From Epiperipatus broadwayi (taxonomy: Eukaryota > Animalia > Onychophora), in contig JAQFVV010000005.1 in assembly GCA_028023455.1 (NCBI GenBank), forward strand, positions 12,090,001 to 12,154,000: DNA of 64,000 nucleotides. Reading direction: 5' to 3'. Below the pieces are notes generated by a model. The model was not told the DNA's origin and searched no databases. It was given only the letters and a program-made list of their open reading frames with translations. The translations under genes were made by a program, and so were the position numbers. Position 1 is the stretch's first letter, and each line of letters opens with the position of its first letter. Below are positions 1-14,199 of this stretch, in pieces.

Positions 1-1414
1 GAGCATTTGTATACAGAGAAAAATTTGATCTACCATGGAAATTTGCAACTGAATCCAGAGCTCTATGTAGCATGTATCCAATTTGGAAACGGGTATCTGC
101 TACTGTCATCATTAATAAAGTAATATACTAGGCAACATTGAGAATGCAAAAGGGCTAAAGCCACAGACATCATCAAGAACAGCTATACTCTGATCACAAT
201 CGTTGAAATGCAATTGTAAGAAAAATTCACCAATTCACCAATATGAACTAGAAAAATAGGATATTCAAGAAAGTAACCAACCTGAAAGTATACCTCCAGT
301 GACAGAAAGGATAACATCAGTCTGAGAAGCAAAAGAATTGAAAAGTTACCGAAATATTTGCATAACTATGAGCGTGCTCCATATATTAAAGACACTAGTG
401 AAAACTGATTTGGATATTAACTACCAGTACAAATTTTGGTAGAGGAGAATAAAAAATTTCATCTAGAGGAAAAAATGTTATAGAGTGTATGCATATCTGC
501 AAACAAATAGATAATGGTGTATTAATAATCCTTTCTATCAAATATATATACTATAGTTTTAATGTAGTAAGAAATAATGTATTTAAATATTGTCGCAAAC
601 ATAAAAACATAAAACATGCTTTGTCTCAGGAAGAACATATAGTTATAGGTATTGTTTATTATTTAATTAATTATAAGCAATTAATGAATAAGTAAGCACT
701 CATAAGAAGAGAATTTCCATGTGATTGGAGAAATAAGGATGATTGTCAGTTGAATTCTTACAAATTCTATAAATAATACATGAAGAGGGTTGGAAACCCA
801 AGATTACAAATATGGCATCAAGATGATAACAGCTTAACAGCAGCTAGGAAATTAAAACGTATCAAAGGCGGCAAGATGTCTAAGAAGTGCAGTATCAACA
901 AGACTGAAGTCAATTGAAGAATCATGGGGAAGCTCATCTGATTAATGAAGCTCGTAAGAAACACAAAACAAGAACCACTAGAAGTTACATGGCAAAAGCC
1001 CATGCCAGCGAATATAAAGAAACCATATGATCACTAATAATATATATATATAAAGTATATTAATTATGTATTTACTACTTGATAGGCAGAAGACTGAAGA
1101 AATGCATTGGCATGCTCAAACCATGCAATGGTCGAGACTAGCAGAATCCAAGCAGGAGTAGTTAGGATAGCCATTTAGCAGCATAACCAATCAACTAATC
1201 CAACCAAACAACAAGCTTACCATCAGTTATTGATGCAGACACACTGAAGGTAACTAAGTAGCCATTATTTATTAATTAATAAAGTTGTGACTATGTGCAA
1301 CAATTATTAATTAATCTGAAATAAAATGTATAAATGTAAATAATTTATTGCAACCATTATTTGATATATCAATAAATAATTGAAATAGATATGACTTGTT
1401 GGATATCATTTACA
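1..1414 (+). mobile_element. Possible decayed Gypsy-like LTR retrotransposon 3' end (pol tail, PPT, candidate 3' LTR)
   Basis: Broken frames give HRHHQEQL and LRSKRIEKLPKYLHNYE, resembling Gypsy pol C-termini. Purine tract agaggaaaaaa (465-475) abuts TGTTA at 476; aataaa motifs and a TTACA end at ~1414. No TSD or second LTR is visible. Confidence 0.25.
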
Positions 1415-2984
1415 ATTCTCGGAAAGCAACAGTTAGGATAATAGAAATTGCCAAAGAATAGGAAGCTAGACTAATGGTATTCTTTATACTACTTATACTA
1501 ATAATACTAATAAGAAATGTGTCAAGATACTGATAACATGTTTTATTTTATATAATTATTTCTGATACAAATCATTTTTTTATATAAATATATTACATTT
1601 GCTTTAAAAATGTTTATTGAGTTGTTTATAAAATATATTGTATATGTATATATTTTTAGGAATTCATAAAAAATTATGTAACGGTTAATTAAATTAAACT
1701 TGGTACACGATTTAATTCATTGATACATTCCATGTGTTTACATAAGTGTACATAGTCCTAAAAAATTAAAAATATATTTATAAATGTTAATAATCATAAA
1801 ATTTAACATAAATTTCAAATAATAAAAATAGAAAATACTTCAAATTTATCAAGACAGGAAAATAGTTAACAAATGTGAATCAGCATCAAAAAATAAATAC
1901 TGGGATATAAATATTTAAAAAAATTAAAATTTAGATACCTTTTAAAAACATAGTATACAAGGACTAGCATAGATGCAACTTGCATGTATAATAGTAATCA
2001 TCCATTTCTTTTTGCTCCAAATGTATCTATAGTGACAAAAACATTCACAAAACAATTTTTGCCTTATTGGTTTACTTTGTATTGATAGAGATCAATAATT
2101 TAACAGCCAAAATGACCAACAAGCCAAAAACTAATATGGAGATCTGAAAACTATCTATAGATAAATCCCCAGAGATCTCTCTGGCTTGAAGATAAAGAGA
2201 TTACAGCTGTCAAATTAATAAGACATTCAGTCACACTTCTGAATAAATCTACAAAAGCAAATGGGAAGACAATCAATATGAAAATAAATAAATAGCAGTA
2301 AATAAATATGTGCAATTTGGTAACTAGGTAAGATTACGAGTCAAAAACAAAGATCAGTTCAAAAATACCCAGGAGATTAATATTTTGTACGAACAGCAAT
2401 AAAAACTGCATTCTATATCATGGAGATTATACAGATTTATTTGAATTATAATTGAAAATAGATAGATAGGTAGTGCAGAGAAACTTTACAACATGTACCT
2501 ACTGTTTATCAGATTGATTCACAATACATCAATAAAACTATTAGATTATAGTTCAATTTTTAAGTTCATGACTTCTATCAAAATCATTAAATCTTTTTGT
2601 GATATCAATATTTTTCTGGCAAAAATAAAATCTGATTATATCAATTTCATGGGAAGTGAAGTAAATTCAAATTTTAGATATAGTGAAGACTAAAGAAGAG
2701 CATTCTATAAATACCATGCTAAAACATTAGATAATTAATCCATAATGATGTCAAGTCTCATCTAGTGGGAAATCATTAACATATTTCCTAATCCATATCT
2801 CATTTCATTAAGTGACTAATCATAAAATAACCATTTCATTTTTAAGTAATATGTTAATAACTATCACAATCATTGAGCTGAAGTTTTGGTTATGCTTTTC
2901 AATTAATATTTAGTATTTTGTAGACAGCAGAACATAATCTAATGGAATTATTTTTTGTAGTTTTGCTCCAATGGAAATGTTGTT

Positions 2985-4661
2985 TTATTGACAAACATTT
3001 ATTAAGACTAAATTTTCATTACTAAACAGATTTTCAAGATTGATTTGTATAGCAATCTCGAGAGTTTCATAATCAGTGAAATGAATTGCTTCATGATTTT
3101 CCAAAACACTTTTCTCTGTATTATTATAATCACATAAACAGCATTTAAAAACTTTAGGTCCAATATTACAAACTTTCTTAGTTGATTGTATTTCTTTTTT
3201 ACTTAAATATAATTCTGGAGTGGTGTCTGCCATATATATGTTATGTTTTAATATGTTAATTTGAGAAATTTTATAGTCAGATAAGCTGCAATGGAAAGTC
3301 TTTTCTCCTAGATCATCAGTTTGAGGAGGAATCTTGTAATCACCCAAGCTGCATGGAAATTTTTTTTCTTCTATATGAGATTTTTCATGGATTTTAAAAT
3401 AATTTTTTATAGCAGTCTTGTACTCGCACAAACTGCACTGGAAAGTTTTTCCTCGTCTATGAGATTTTTCATGTGTTTTTAAATTCCCTTTTACAGCAGT
3501 CTTATAATCACATAAACTGCAATGGAAAGGTTTTTCTCCTGTGTGAAGACGTTGATGTATTTTGAAAGAACTTTTTATGCCAGTTCTATAATGGCACATA
3601 TTACATTGTAAAGGTTTTTCACCTGTGTGAGTTTTTTCATGTGTTTTCAAATTACTTTTTAAGGCAGTCTTGTAATTACATAAAGGGCACTGGAAAGGTT
3701 TTTCGCCTGTATGAAATCTTTCATGTACTATAGAAGAACTTTTTATAGCAGTTTTATAGTTACAAAATCTGCATTGGAAAGGTTTATCACCTGTATGGTT
3801 TCTTTCATGAACTTTCAAATAATCTTTTCTAGCAGCCTTGTAATTGCATAAGTTACACTGGAAAGGCTTTTCTCCAGTATGTCTTCTTTTATGACGTATT
3901 AATTGAGCTTTTTTAGCACTTTTATAATCACATAAATTACACTGGAAAGGTTTATCTCCTGTGTGGAATCTTTCATGAATTTTAAAAGAACTTTTTATAG
4001 CAGTTTTGTAATGACACATAGTGCACTGAAAAGGTTTTTCTCTTGAGTGAATTTTTTCATGTACTTTCAAATTGCATTTCAAAGCAGTCTTGTAATTACA
4101 CAAAATACATTGGAAAGGCTTTTCACCAGTATGTGTTCTTTTGTGTCGTATCAAATGAGTATTTTTAGCAGTTTTATAATCGCAGAAATTACACTGGAAA
4201 GGTGTGTCACCTGTATGAGTTTTATAATGTATTTTAAAATAACTTTTTATAGCAGTCTTATAGTCACACAAACTGCACTGGAAAGATTTCTCTTGAATAT
4301 GAGTTTTTTCATGTATTCTAAAGTAACTTTTTATAGCAGTTTGGTAATCACATAAATTGCACTGGAAAGCTTTGTCTTCTATATGAGTTTTTCCATGTAG
4401 TTTAAAATAACTTTTTATAGCAGTCTTATAATCACACAAACTGCACTGGTAACACTGTTTTCCAGCATGGATCTTTTCATGTACTTTTAAATTGTTTTTC
4501 CAAGCACTCCTGTAATTGCAATAATTACAATAGAATGATTTTACATCTGCATGCATTATTTTAAAAAACATTAAATGACATTCTTCAGCAGATATGTAAT
4601 TGCACTGGAAAAGTTTTTCTACTGTATAAGTTTTTTCATTTTTTTTTGTGCGATCAATCAT
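2985..4661 (-). CDS. Tandem C2H2 zinc-finger protein (ZNF-A), 14 arrayed fingers plus one isolated C-terminal finger
   Basis: 558-aa ORF of repeated C-x2-C-x12-H-x3-H units with TGEKPF-type linkers. The true start or an upstream exon is uncertain. Confidence 0.93.
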   Translation of the reverse strand: MIDRTKKNEKTYTVEKLFQCNYISAEECHLMFFKIMHADVKSFYCNYCNYRSAWKNNLKVHEKIHAGKQCYQCSLCDYKTAIKSYFKLHGKTHIEDKAFQCNLCDYQTAIKSYFRIHEKTHIQEKSFQCSLCDYKTAIKSYFKIHYKTHTGDTPFQCNFCDYKTAKNTHLIRHKRTHTGEKPFQCILCNYKTALKCNLKVHEKIHSREKPFQCTMCHYKTAIKSSFKIHERFHTGDKPFQCNLCDYKSAKKAQLIRHKRRHTGEKPFQCNLCNYKAARKDYLKVHERNHTGDKPFQCRFCNYKTAIKSSSIVHERFHTGEKPFQCPLCNYKTALKSNLKTHEKTHTGEKPLQCNMCHYRTGIKSSFKIHQRLHTGEKPFHCSLCDYKTAVKGNLKTHEKSHRRGKTFQCSLCEYKTAIKNYFKIHEKSHIEEKKFPCSLGDYKIPPQTDDLGEKTFHCSLSDYKISQINILKHNIYMADTTPELYLSKKEIQSTKKVCNIGPKVFKCCLCDYNNTEKSVLENHEAIHFTDYETLEIAIQINLENLFSNENLVLINVCQ

Positions 4662-4850
4662 ATAACTTCAAAAACTGCACTGAAAAGATTTTCCTCCAAT
4701 ATTAAGTCATCCACATGTGACTTTAAAATGTTATATCTATCAGCCTTATCATAAATGGTAAAACAAAAAGTTTTTTCATCATGTCTTTTTATATCACTTT
4801 TTACAGAGGTTTTGAAATGACACATTAAAGTGAAAGACTATTTTTTCATC
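4662..4850 (-). pseudogene. Frame-broken zinc-finger remnants upstream of ZNF-A
   Basis: In frame with the ORF: GGKSFQCSF*SYM, with TGA (4668-4670) at the second Cys. Another frame gives MCHFKTSVKSDIKRH. Confidence 0.6.
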
Positions 4851-6129
4851 TTACTTCTTACATTTTATATCAAGGAAGATGGATTGGAAAGGAATAATTC
4901 AGTATGACTTTTTTCATATATTGTTTAAAAGACTGTTTTGAACCAGCTTGTAATTTCATAAGTGCCATTTGAACACTTTTATTTCTGTAAAACCTTTTTA
5001 GCCACCTTAAAACACTTTTAACATTTATATTAGTCATTCAAATTGTTTTCTATCACATTTGATGATTTCTATTCAACTGTCTGTCTAATTCAACCTGTCT
5101 AAGGGCAAAAAGTTTTTCCTACAAATTTTCATTATTAAAATATTTTCCCAACAATTTCCAGAAATAAAATTTGCACTTCATTTTTTTTTTTCAATCAAAT
5201 TTGCCATTCAAAATTATTTCTATAGAAAAAAATTTATTTCATATCACTGGCTGCTTTTTTGTGATTTTTACTATACACTACGAAAGAATATTATTTTTTG
5301 CAGAAACATAAATATATATAAATTAAATAAATACTGTGATTTTAAAAATAAAATAAATTTAGAAATAACAACATTCTACTGATATGAAATATAATATACC
5401 CAAGAACTTCTACACAAAATTTCTACAAATTAGAAGAAATTTCATATATAGATCAAAGCAAAATGCAGCACTTACCAGAAACTGCATTACAGGTAAATTT
5501 ATTACTATTAAAACAGTTAAAATCAATCTCAATAAGCTATTATAAGTCAATAATTACGTGCCAATACTTTTGGTATATTTTTTTTTACATAATGGACATT
5601 CTATGTATATATTTCAATAACTTCTACATCCCATAACAGATTTTAAATCCATATGAAGATCTTTTAGATTTACAGTCTATGCATACTTAAAAATTGTATT
5701 ATTTCTAATATAATACTAATAATTTCCCATTATTTTTGTATTAGTTTTATATTATCTTGTCATTTTCTAATAATTTAGTTATGGATTCTCCTATTAAAAA
5801 ACATCATTTGGGTCTAAGAATGGTCCGATTAGTAAGCAATAAATAATTACTTGAGGAAGTCAACGAGATTTCTGGAAATAATATTATTAACAAATGCAGT
5901 AAATGACACCAAACTTGTTAGAGATGGCTGAGATGAATCCCCATAATGCAGTATGGCTGCTTCTTTTGCAATCACATAGCATACTTGAAGTTTTAACCAT
6001 ATGGTTAGCTATTAATCTAAATAAAGAAAAAAAAATGCAATCACTATAGGGCCAATACAACAATAACATTTTTGTAAGAAAAAAAAATTAAGTTAATAAA
6101 CTTGTTAAGTCTTATTTCTTTGAAATATA

Positions 6130-7360
6130 TATATTATTACATTTTGATTTATAAATGCTAAACTTTTTGCACTCACAAATGACTCTAAGCACTCACATAA
6201 ATACATTAATGATTATTAATAGCTATTTATTAAACTAGAGGTTATTCCTAATTCAATTATAAGCTTTAAATTTCAGATTAGAATGTTTTCTTTTTTTAAT
6301 TATATATAAACACATGGAATAACTCAACTTCATCACTTTCTTTAACTTTTTTTTAATAATATACACTTAAAATTTTCACATACATTCTTAAAACATATGA
6401 ATAATGGTATCTGTTAAAGAGTACCCTTCAATTATGAAGCCATACTATTTTATGCATGTCCATCATTTATTCAGTATGCTTTGATTTACAGGTATCAAAT
6501 TTTTTGCCTTTACAATCTTGACACTTAAGACTCATCAGGTAGCCCAAACATGAATTTTAAATCTCAATTACAGATTAATATCTTTGCTTTGAATTTAAAT
6601 AAACATATGGAAAATCTCCATGTGTAATATATATATATTTTAAAATTGATATACAGTTTACTCAATAAATGATAAAGATATGGCAAGGGGCAAGAGAAGA
6701 ATGCTGGTACAACATGAAATAAGCATTTTGAGGGTTATATCTTTTTCAGATTTCTTTATTCATATGTTTCAAAAATATGTTGAAGTGAAGTTCCATTCTA
6801 TCTTTTCCAAAGACTTTATCATGTGGTTGAGTGTTAGTATTCATTCATTTATAGTTAAAATCTTCAAAGCGCATGTGCAACAGCGTAATGCTGTGTTAAA
6901 TATTACAGTTTACAAACATTGCGCTATAAAAAAATGATTTATTTAAATATATATATATATTTAAAAAAAATATATTCCACATTGAAAAAGAAGATGAAAT
7001 TGAGTTATTCCATGTGTTTATAAATAATTTTTTTAAAAGCAGTTCATTAATCTTTAATTGAAGATTAAAATTTATTTGTGTGAGAATTTATCTCTAGTTT
7101 AATAAATGATTAGTAATAATCATTAATGTATTTATAAGAAATGTTTGATTAAAGTTACGAATGCAAAAAATTTCACATTTGTAAACAGAAGTATAATAAT
7201 TTGATATTGATAAAAACTGAATAAATGATGAAGACATGGCTAAGAAATTGTGCCCTGAACAACTGATGAATGCTGTTTCAGCATAAAATATGCATCTTGG
7301 GAGTCGTTTGCCTTTTCCAGATGTCTTTATTCATATGTTTCAAGAATATGATGATTGGAA
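6130..7360. repeat. R1b composite: diverged inverted repeat (~6130-6345 vs ~6985-7200) plus direct repeat (~6655-6790 vs ~7218-7360)
   Basis: aaacacatggaataactcaa pairs with ttgagttattccatgtgttt. The block cttttccagat.tctttattcatatgtttcaa occurs twice about 575 bp apart. Confidence 0.65.
7260..7299 (+). ncRNA. Minimal type I hammerhead-like motif (R1b), G12 mutated
   Basis: caa-CTGATGA-ATGCTG ttt CAGCAT-aAAA-tatgca-TC-ttg: 6-bp stem II, stem I caa/ttg, GAAA changed to AAAA. Confidence 0.55.
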
Positions 7361-8110
7361 GTTTTAAATATGTTATATATATGCATTATGTGTATGTGTC
7401 TAATGATTTTTTACTATGAATTTTGAACCATAAAATTATCATTTCAACATATATCTACCATAATACATATGTATATAAAATAATGCACACATATTCATTT
7501 TCAGCATGTAGGTGCATAGTAAAATATTGATTAGTATATAGCTCATGACAACTAAAAGATATGTGCAAGAATATATAATTCATTAATATTCAGTAATAAA
7601 CATAAAAACTAATATAGTATATACATTATATTTTATAAAGATCTTTATTCTTAAAAATATATATTTCAAATTTTATAAATATATTTATAATTGGTTCAAT
7701 ATTTTTATATATTATAATTTCTTATAACTATTTTATTCAACTATATTTACTAAAACTTTTTTTTTAAAACATTAATTACACATGTATAAATTATAACATT
7801 TAACATCAAAATACATTACAGTATATAACTTCACAAAGTATGACTTCAAAATTATGTATATACATATACCATATATCCTTCTTAATAATAATTTTGATAA
7901 TTTTTTGATATACAACTAAATTACTTTCAATCATCACAACTTTATACTCTTCATTACTTAATATTACATAAAAAATGTTAAAATCAAATGCTTAAGGTTT
8001 ATTGGACAATTCTTTAAACAAGCTTAAAAAAATACAGTCTTATTCATCAATCATGCTATCATTTTTTTACAGATGCTTGCATGAACCTTAATATGATATA
8101 TATAAATTCT

Positions 8111-8730
8111 TAGGGGATTTGAACACAGACTTTCAAGATTCCTTTTTCTATCCACTCTCTCTCATATAACACGATACACATGATCACATACATTTGAAAA
8201 AAAATAAATGATCTCCAATATACATATTTCATGCTGAATCAATACTCATCAGTTGGTCCAGATCATCATTTTCCTCATAATCAGTGCTTGTTTATATTAA
8301 GATAACAAACCTTCGAACTTTAATGGACAGGCTTCAATCTACTCCACCTTCCAATGCTTCAGCTGTACATACCATTGAAAATCTGATGACGATATACACC
8401 CAAATCCTTTGTTGATGCCGATCTTATAGTCATGCCCATGTTTGAAGTGTACCATTATCAGTTTATCAATGGTCAGGACAGCTGAAGAGTTGGAAGATGG
8501 AGTAAAATGAAGCCTATCCATTAAAGTTTGAAGTTTGCTATCTTAATATAAACCAAATACTGATTATATATGTGTGGGAAATGATCTGAACCAACTATAG
8601 TACTGGTTCAGCATGAAATACATATATTGGAGATCATTTATCTTTTTCATATGTATGTGGTCATGTGTATCGGTTATATGAAATACAGTGGATAGCAGAA
8701 GGGATCTTGAAGTCTGTGTTCAAATCCCTA
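8111..8730. mobile_element. R1 hammerhead-repeat element, tail-out inverted pair (diverged)
   Basis: Arms ~8111-8385 and ~8477-8730 are reverse complements (taggggatttgaacacagact / agtctgtgttcaaatcccta). Same family as 35140-35378 and 47354-48236. Confidence 0.85.
8215..8256 (-). ncRNA. Minimal type I hammerhead motif (R1)
   Basis: Reverse complement: ccaa-CTGATGA-gtattgattcagcat-GAAA-tatgta-TA-ttgg. The mirror copy at 8591-8630 has a damaged core. Confidence 0.65.
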
Positions 8731-11700
8731 TATTACACTTAAACTCCAAGTATATGAATTATGTTTATATTTCAAAAATATATACAAATTCTTATATATT
8801 ACATAATATTGGTATTTAAATCATTATTGACAAGATTAAAAATGACAGAAATTTCACACTTGGCAAATAAAAATATTATATAGGTTAAAAATTTATAAAT
8901 AAATTTTTGATTGAGTGAATTCATTTCCTCTAGCAAAAACATTGCAGACAACCCTCTAAGTAAAAGGAGGGTATCCTCATTCACCTTTAAAATTTATTAT
9001 CATATGCTGCAGCTAGAGATCACTTTAATTATATATAGATAGTTGCAATGAGTTAACTTCAAACCATTATACAAAATCTTGTATATATACACCTTCTGCT
9101 TCACATCTTTGTTATTGTATTGAATACTTCAAAATTATTTGAACACTTTAATTATTTTTTTTCCAATAATATCTTTTATTTTCAATATTTTTATACTTTT
9201 TGGATGACTTATAGTTTTCTCTTTTATTATAGCTGCAGGTAAGTCAACATTCTCGGAGGGGGGGGGATATATTAAATTGAAATAATTTTAATGCAACAAT
9301 GTAATCTTGATCTATCTTGGCTCAAGTTTCAGACAGGTAATTGTTATCTTAATCGAATATCTTAGCACTAACAAGTTTTTACTTTTATGACCTTCAATTA
9401 TTGGATCTGCTGTTTTCCAATTTATAACTTAGTCTCAGACTTGCGTCTTTCTAATACTTTTTATTCAATGTTAAGCTTTTACTTCTTTGCCTTCTGTTAC
9501 TAACCCTATCACTAAATTTCACTATTCCTTTCCAAATTTTTTGAAGGTCAATATTATTTATTACTCATCAACCCCTGATTTATTTCTATCATTCCAAAAC
9601 AAGCCTATTTGTACAATTTTATAATTTATTGATAGCAGCCCCATAAGAAAACCTTGCTTGTTTCTTTTTGTACACAATTTTTCAGATCAATCTAATTCAT
9701 AATCTTGGAAAAGCTAATATCTTATTTGTCTTCACATGTGAAAAAACTGAAAAGAGCACTTTATATATAGAGAAAACAGCCATCTGCAAAGGTAGCTTTT
9801 CACAGATATAGAATACAATACTCACAAAGCTTTTTGATAGTTTAGTGCAAGATTTTGAGTTTTTCATCTTTGTTTTATCCTCTAGCTTAAAACAGTTAGA
9901 TACCCATTCACCAACCAATATGGGTTAGATGGGTTGATTTTCACATTTACTCACTCCAAATTCAAATCAAAGTATCATAGGCATAGCAGGAAATTGCCAT
10001 AAGGCTGTTTTATTTTAAATATATATTGCAGGTGTGGTCATAGACTAAACACTTCTCAAAAAGATCCTACAGTTTATGTCCTATCAAATGGATATCATGA
10101 TGACACCAAAATTAATTATCTACAGGAATAACACAGTAAAAAAATAGAAGTAATATATAATAATGTTATATTAAAATGTGAAAATAAAAACTACTAATAA
10201 AATGTAAATACATATAACTGCATATAATTTTTTAAAAAAAGAAGACAATAATCTCTATTATTAGAAGGTTTTCATAAGATTCATGGCCACAGCTGAAGAA
10301 TGATCAATCAAAAGACTTTTAACTAATATAGTGAAGGGTAGTATTATATTGTATATATGTTAAAATGAACGTTTTCATAAACGAATAATGTGAATATAGT
10401 TTTCAGGCTATACTATTTATTTTGAAGCTTATTATTATTATAGCTACAGAATGTAGCAGATGAAGTCCACCCAAGATATCATTGCTATAAGCAATTGCAA
10501 GAACAGAATCTCAAAATCATATTCATACTTGAATGTACATATACATATAGCATATTATATTTTTTTAATAATAAAAGCAAATAGGTGTATCTATATAAAA
10601 AAAATATATTTATATATATATGCACAGATATTAAAAAAATTTTCAATAAACAAATAAAATAATGTAATGTAACTGCTGAACATCAAATCATTAGAAATAA
10701 ATATTTTAATAAAAAGCACTATTTAAAAAGTATATAGATTATTATTTTATAAATGAATTATTAAATTAATATGACATTGCATAAGAATAAGACAATGGAA
10801 ATGTTATTTTCACTTGATGAATTCTCAAAGCATATTATTCCTAACTGGGACTCAGAAGTTCTGATAATTAATAACATTAGTGATTAATAGATATGTGGCA
10901 GCAGTGATGTTGACAGCTATAATTCCCTGATAATTATAAAAATTATAGTGATAAACATAGAATGATTGGATATAAGCCTGCCTGAAGCAACTGCCTAATA
11001 TGGCTATGTTTTTATATAGTGCATATTTTGTACTGCAAAGACACAATTTTTTTAAAGGTTTAAAAATTAAGGTAATTGTTATGAACCAATTAAATTTCTT
11101 CACGGTCTGGTACCAATTTGCAAAGAATCAGTTGACAAATACTGCTTTAAACTATTAGAAAGCTTGATTTTTTTCAATTATAGCAATAAAGGCATAACAG
11201 AGATATAAGATTTTGATAAAGCAGAGAATTCATTGATGCATACACAGATGAAATCTCACTTGACACAAATACTAATAGATTAGAAATAACAATACTTACA
11301 TGGAAAAAAACTCCCCCACACAACAGCAAAATAATAAATGGTAATTACTTTTCAAGTCATTCCACATGAAGGCCATTATTTCTTTACACTAATTGCTTGT
11401 GCAATTATTAGTTTTTATACCAATAAATGAATAAAGAATTATATACATATACAAATGTAAATATACAAAAGAATTTTTATTATAAATGTTATTTAAATCT
11501 TGTCTCTATTATTAGTTGTGCCAATATAATATTAACAATTTCATTCTCTATATTAAAAAAATTAAATTTTGTAAAATAAAAAATAACAATAGTATTCACA
11601 TTGATACTGATAAGGATTTACTGAGCAATGTATATATGGCTGGCAAGAATAGAGCTATATATAAACATTTGGAAAAGAGACCTAAGTATTAAAGGCAGAA

Positions 11701-14199
11701 TTCTTTTGAACTAAAACCAAAACCTTTCATGGTCAAAAATGAACTGAACGTTATTTATAATAAATGAAAATATAGAAAATAAAATCTCAAGATTACTAAT
11801 TAAATTGTATGAATGCAGTCACTAAAATCAATAGACTGTTGATTATTGAAATAAATTATTGATTTTGTAGTTAATCGTAATAAAAATGAAATTATTAAAA
11901 CATATAACTAGTGATCTGGGATCAGATCTACATAAGTCAATAATCAGAATGGCTTAGTTTCAAAGTCCAAGGGATTTTTTAATTATAGATTTTTATAAGG
12001 AGTTAAAGATAATAGCTGATGCACAATTGCATTAATTCCAGCTTTGAAACTAAAGTCTTTGATGATAAAGATAAAAGACAGACATTAATGTGGGATTTAA
12101 ATGCTCTATCATCTGGTAATCACTGATTATTCAAGCTTAGTATAGAAGATGCTGGAGCAAAAAACAACTCGTTTATATTTTACAATACAATGCTGAGATA
12201 AATAAGTCCATCAGATTGTAATAGTACACCTTTTATTATATATTTCTTTTAGAATGCTAGACATTAGCTAAAACTTATCATTTTTTAAAAAAATGCCATT
12301 ATAGTGTATAAAAATGTATGATTGTATTTAAATTTGCAGAAGTAATAACATCTGTAATTGCTATTTGGAAATGTTACTTAGCAATATTCTTCCTTTAAGT
12401 AATAAGTGTTACTTCATAAATTTATTAATGAATTCATTCTAGCTGACTTTTTTTTTATTTTTGAATAATAAACTTCATCCTTATATGAATAGCTCTCAGT
12501 AAAAAAAAAGGGACTCGAGAAGAATTTTTCATTTAGACAAAAAATAATTAATTTTTCAACATTTAAACACAGAACATTATTAGATCAAACATCCCACTTT
12601 TAGCTAAATAAAGATCAAGTTTTACAATAAAATTATCTGTCAGGTAAACTCATTTAATACAATTTGGAAGAATTACACTTTCTGCACACAGCCTACGATG
12701 ATTAAATTATTAAGTATCATGGTATGGTCTTATTTAACAATATTCCTTTTCTTTAGATCTATACAAGATTTTAAATACATTATATTTGAAAACTACTACT
12801 TAATGTTCTCACACATCAGAAAAAAGGGGCAGATGACTTACAAAATTCAAATGAAATACCTTCAATAATAGTTATTAATTGCATGCAGAAAATATAATGC
12901 TTATAAACTGAGTTGTGGTAGCATTTGTGAAAATGTTATAACCTGGGTGAACTTCATCTAGGAAGTTATTTAGCTTTATCCAATGTACATTATGTAAAGC
13001 AGTTTTCAAGTATTGTATATTTTATTTCATTTCCTGCTACTGATTCAATTGATCATTTTAAAGCATATTTTTATTAATATATCTGATGTTTGGAGGAAAA
13101 ATAATTCTAAACATTTAATATCTTGCTACTCAATTTTTAATTTTTAAGCATAAATTGGACATCATCTAAATCCATTAAATAAATAAATGAGAGTTACTAA
13201 CAATGTAATTAATCCATAAAAGAACTCAAATTTATCTCATCAAGCCTAAAAAAAAGGAAACAACAAATGTTGTCTATGTTAAACAAGTGCTTAACTAGCC
13301 GTCAAAACACTTTTTTGTTATTCTCTTCTGAACTACTCTAGCATATTTGTCAGCCATCAATAAATTGTGCTAAGTTCAAAAAAATACAAACAGTTATGTA
13401 AAATATCAAAAAGGATGTTAAAGATCATCATTATTTTTAATTTGATTTATATAATTTATGAGATGTCAGGAAATTTTTAAGTTAAAACAAACAATCAGTA
13501 TTTAATATCTATTACCTACAATGAACAGACCATTTTTAGCCTAGTCACTGGTTTAAAATGAGTGACAAATGAAGCACTTCTTCATAGATCTTCATAACAA
13601 CTTTACTAACAATCATGAAAGCAGTCAACTATCATCAAACTACTTCTTGAATATATATAATTATTAAAAAAAAAGCTACAATGTAAATATAGAATTTTAC
13701 GTATGTTAATTTTTACCTGAAGGCAGGAGTAGAGTTTAAACAATAGATTACCAAACAGTAATACTTCATTATTATTGCAATAGTTTCCATTGACTGCTTC
13801 ATCCTATAAAACAAAACTTATTCCAGCATCTTCTGTTCTTTGATCTTCTTCATAGTCTCTAATGAATTTTGTTTTATATAATCAATTCCCATATTATTAA
13901 CATACAAAATTCAGTAAAAACCTATTAAGAAATATCACATTAGTTAAAAAATTATGCTATTTAGCATTTGAAATAAATATAGAATAATGAAAACTGCAAT
14001 ACAAAACAATATTAACATAAAAAAAGCCAAATATACAAAGTATATAAGATGTTTAATATTAGCATTTCAAAGCCAAATTTAAGCAGAATTGTGGGTTACT
14101 TTATATTAGTAATGACTTGAAAGGTTGCTATTCTTCCACATGTGCCTTACTATTACTTTCAGACAGCCAATAGCTGTTTAAACAGCGGTCTTCATAGGC

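Noticed and set aside
1091-1145. CTGAAGA...AAACCATgcaATGGTC hammerhead-like string
   Set aside because: Stem III is plausible, but G12 is missing and no stem I pairing can be formed.
4047-4355. 102-aa plus-strand ORF (and 59218-59406 minus)
   Set aside because: Antisense shadows of the repetitive zinc-finger ORFs.
4668-4670. TGA at a Cys position suggesting UGA=Cys or Sec recoding
   Set aside because: Neither long ZNF ORF uses any in-frame TGA among its many Cys codons; a simple nonsense mutation is more likely.
6495-6545. Minus-strand CTGATGA-GTCTT/AAGAT
   Set aside because: No GAAA at the right position and no stem I or stem III.
10790-13810. Scattered exon-like open stretches (e.g. INSSFETKVFDDKDKRQTLMWDL on plus ~12045-12115; DEAVNGNYCNNNEVLLFGNLLFKLYSCLQ on minus ~13718-13805)
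   Set aside because: They are on different strands, contain stops or frameshifts and have no recognisable homology; a BLASTx search would be needed to support a gene.
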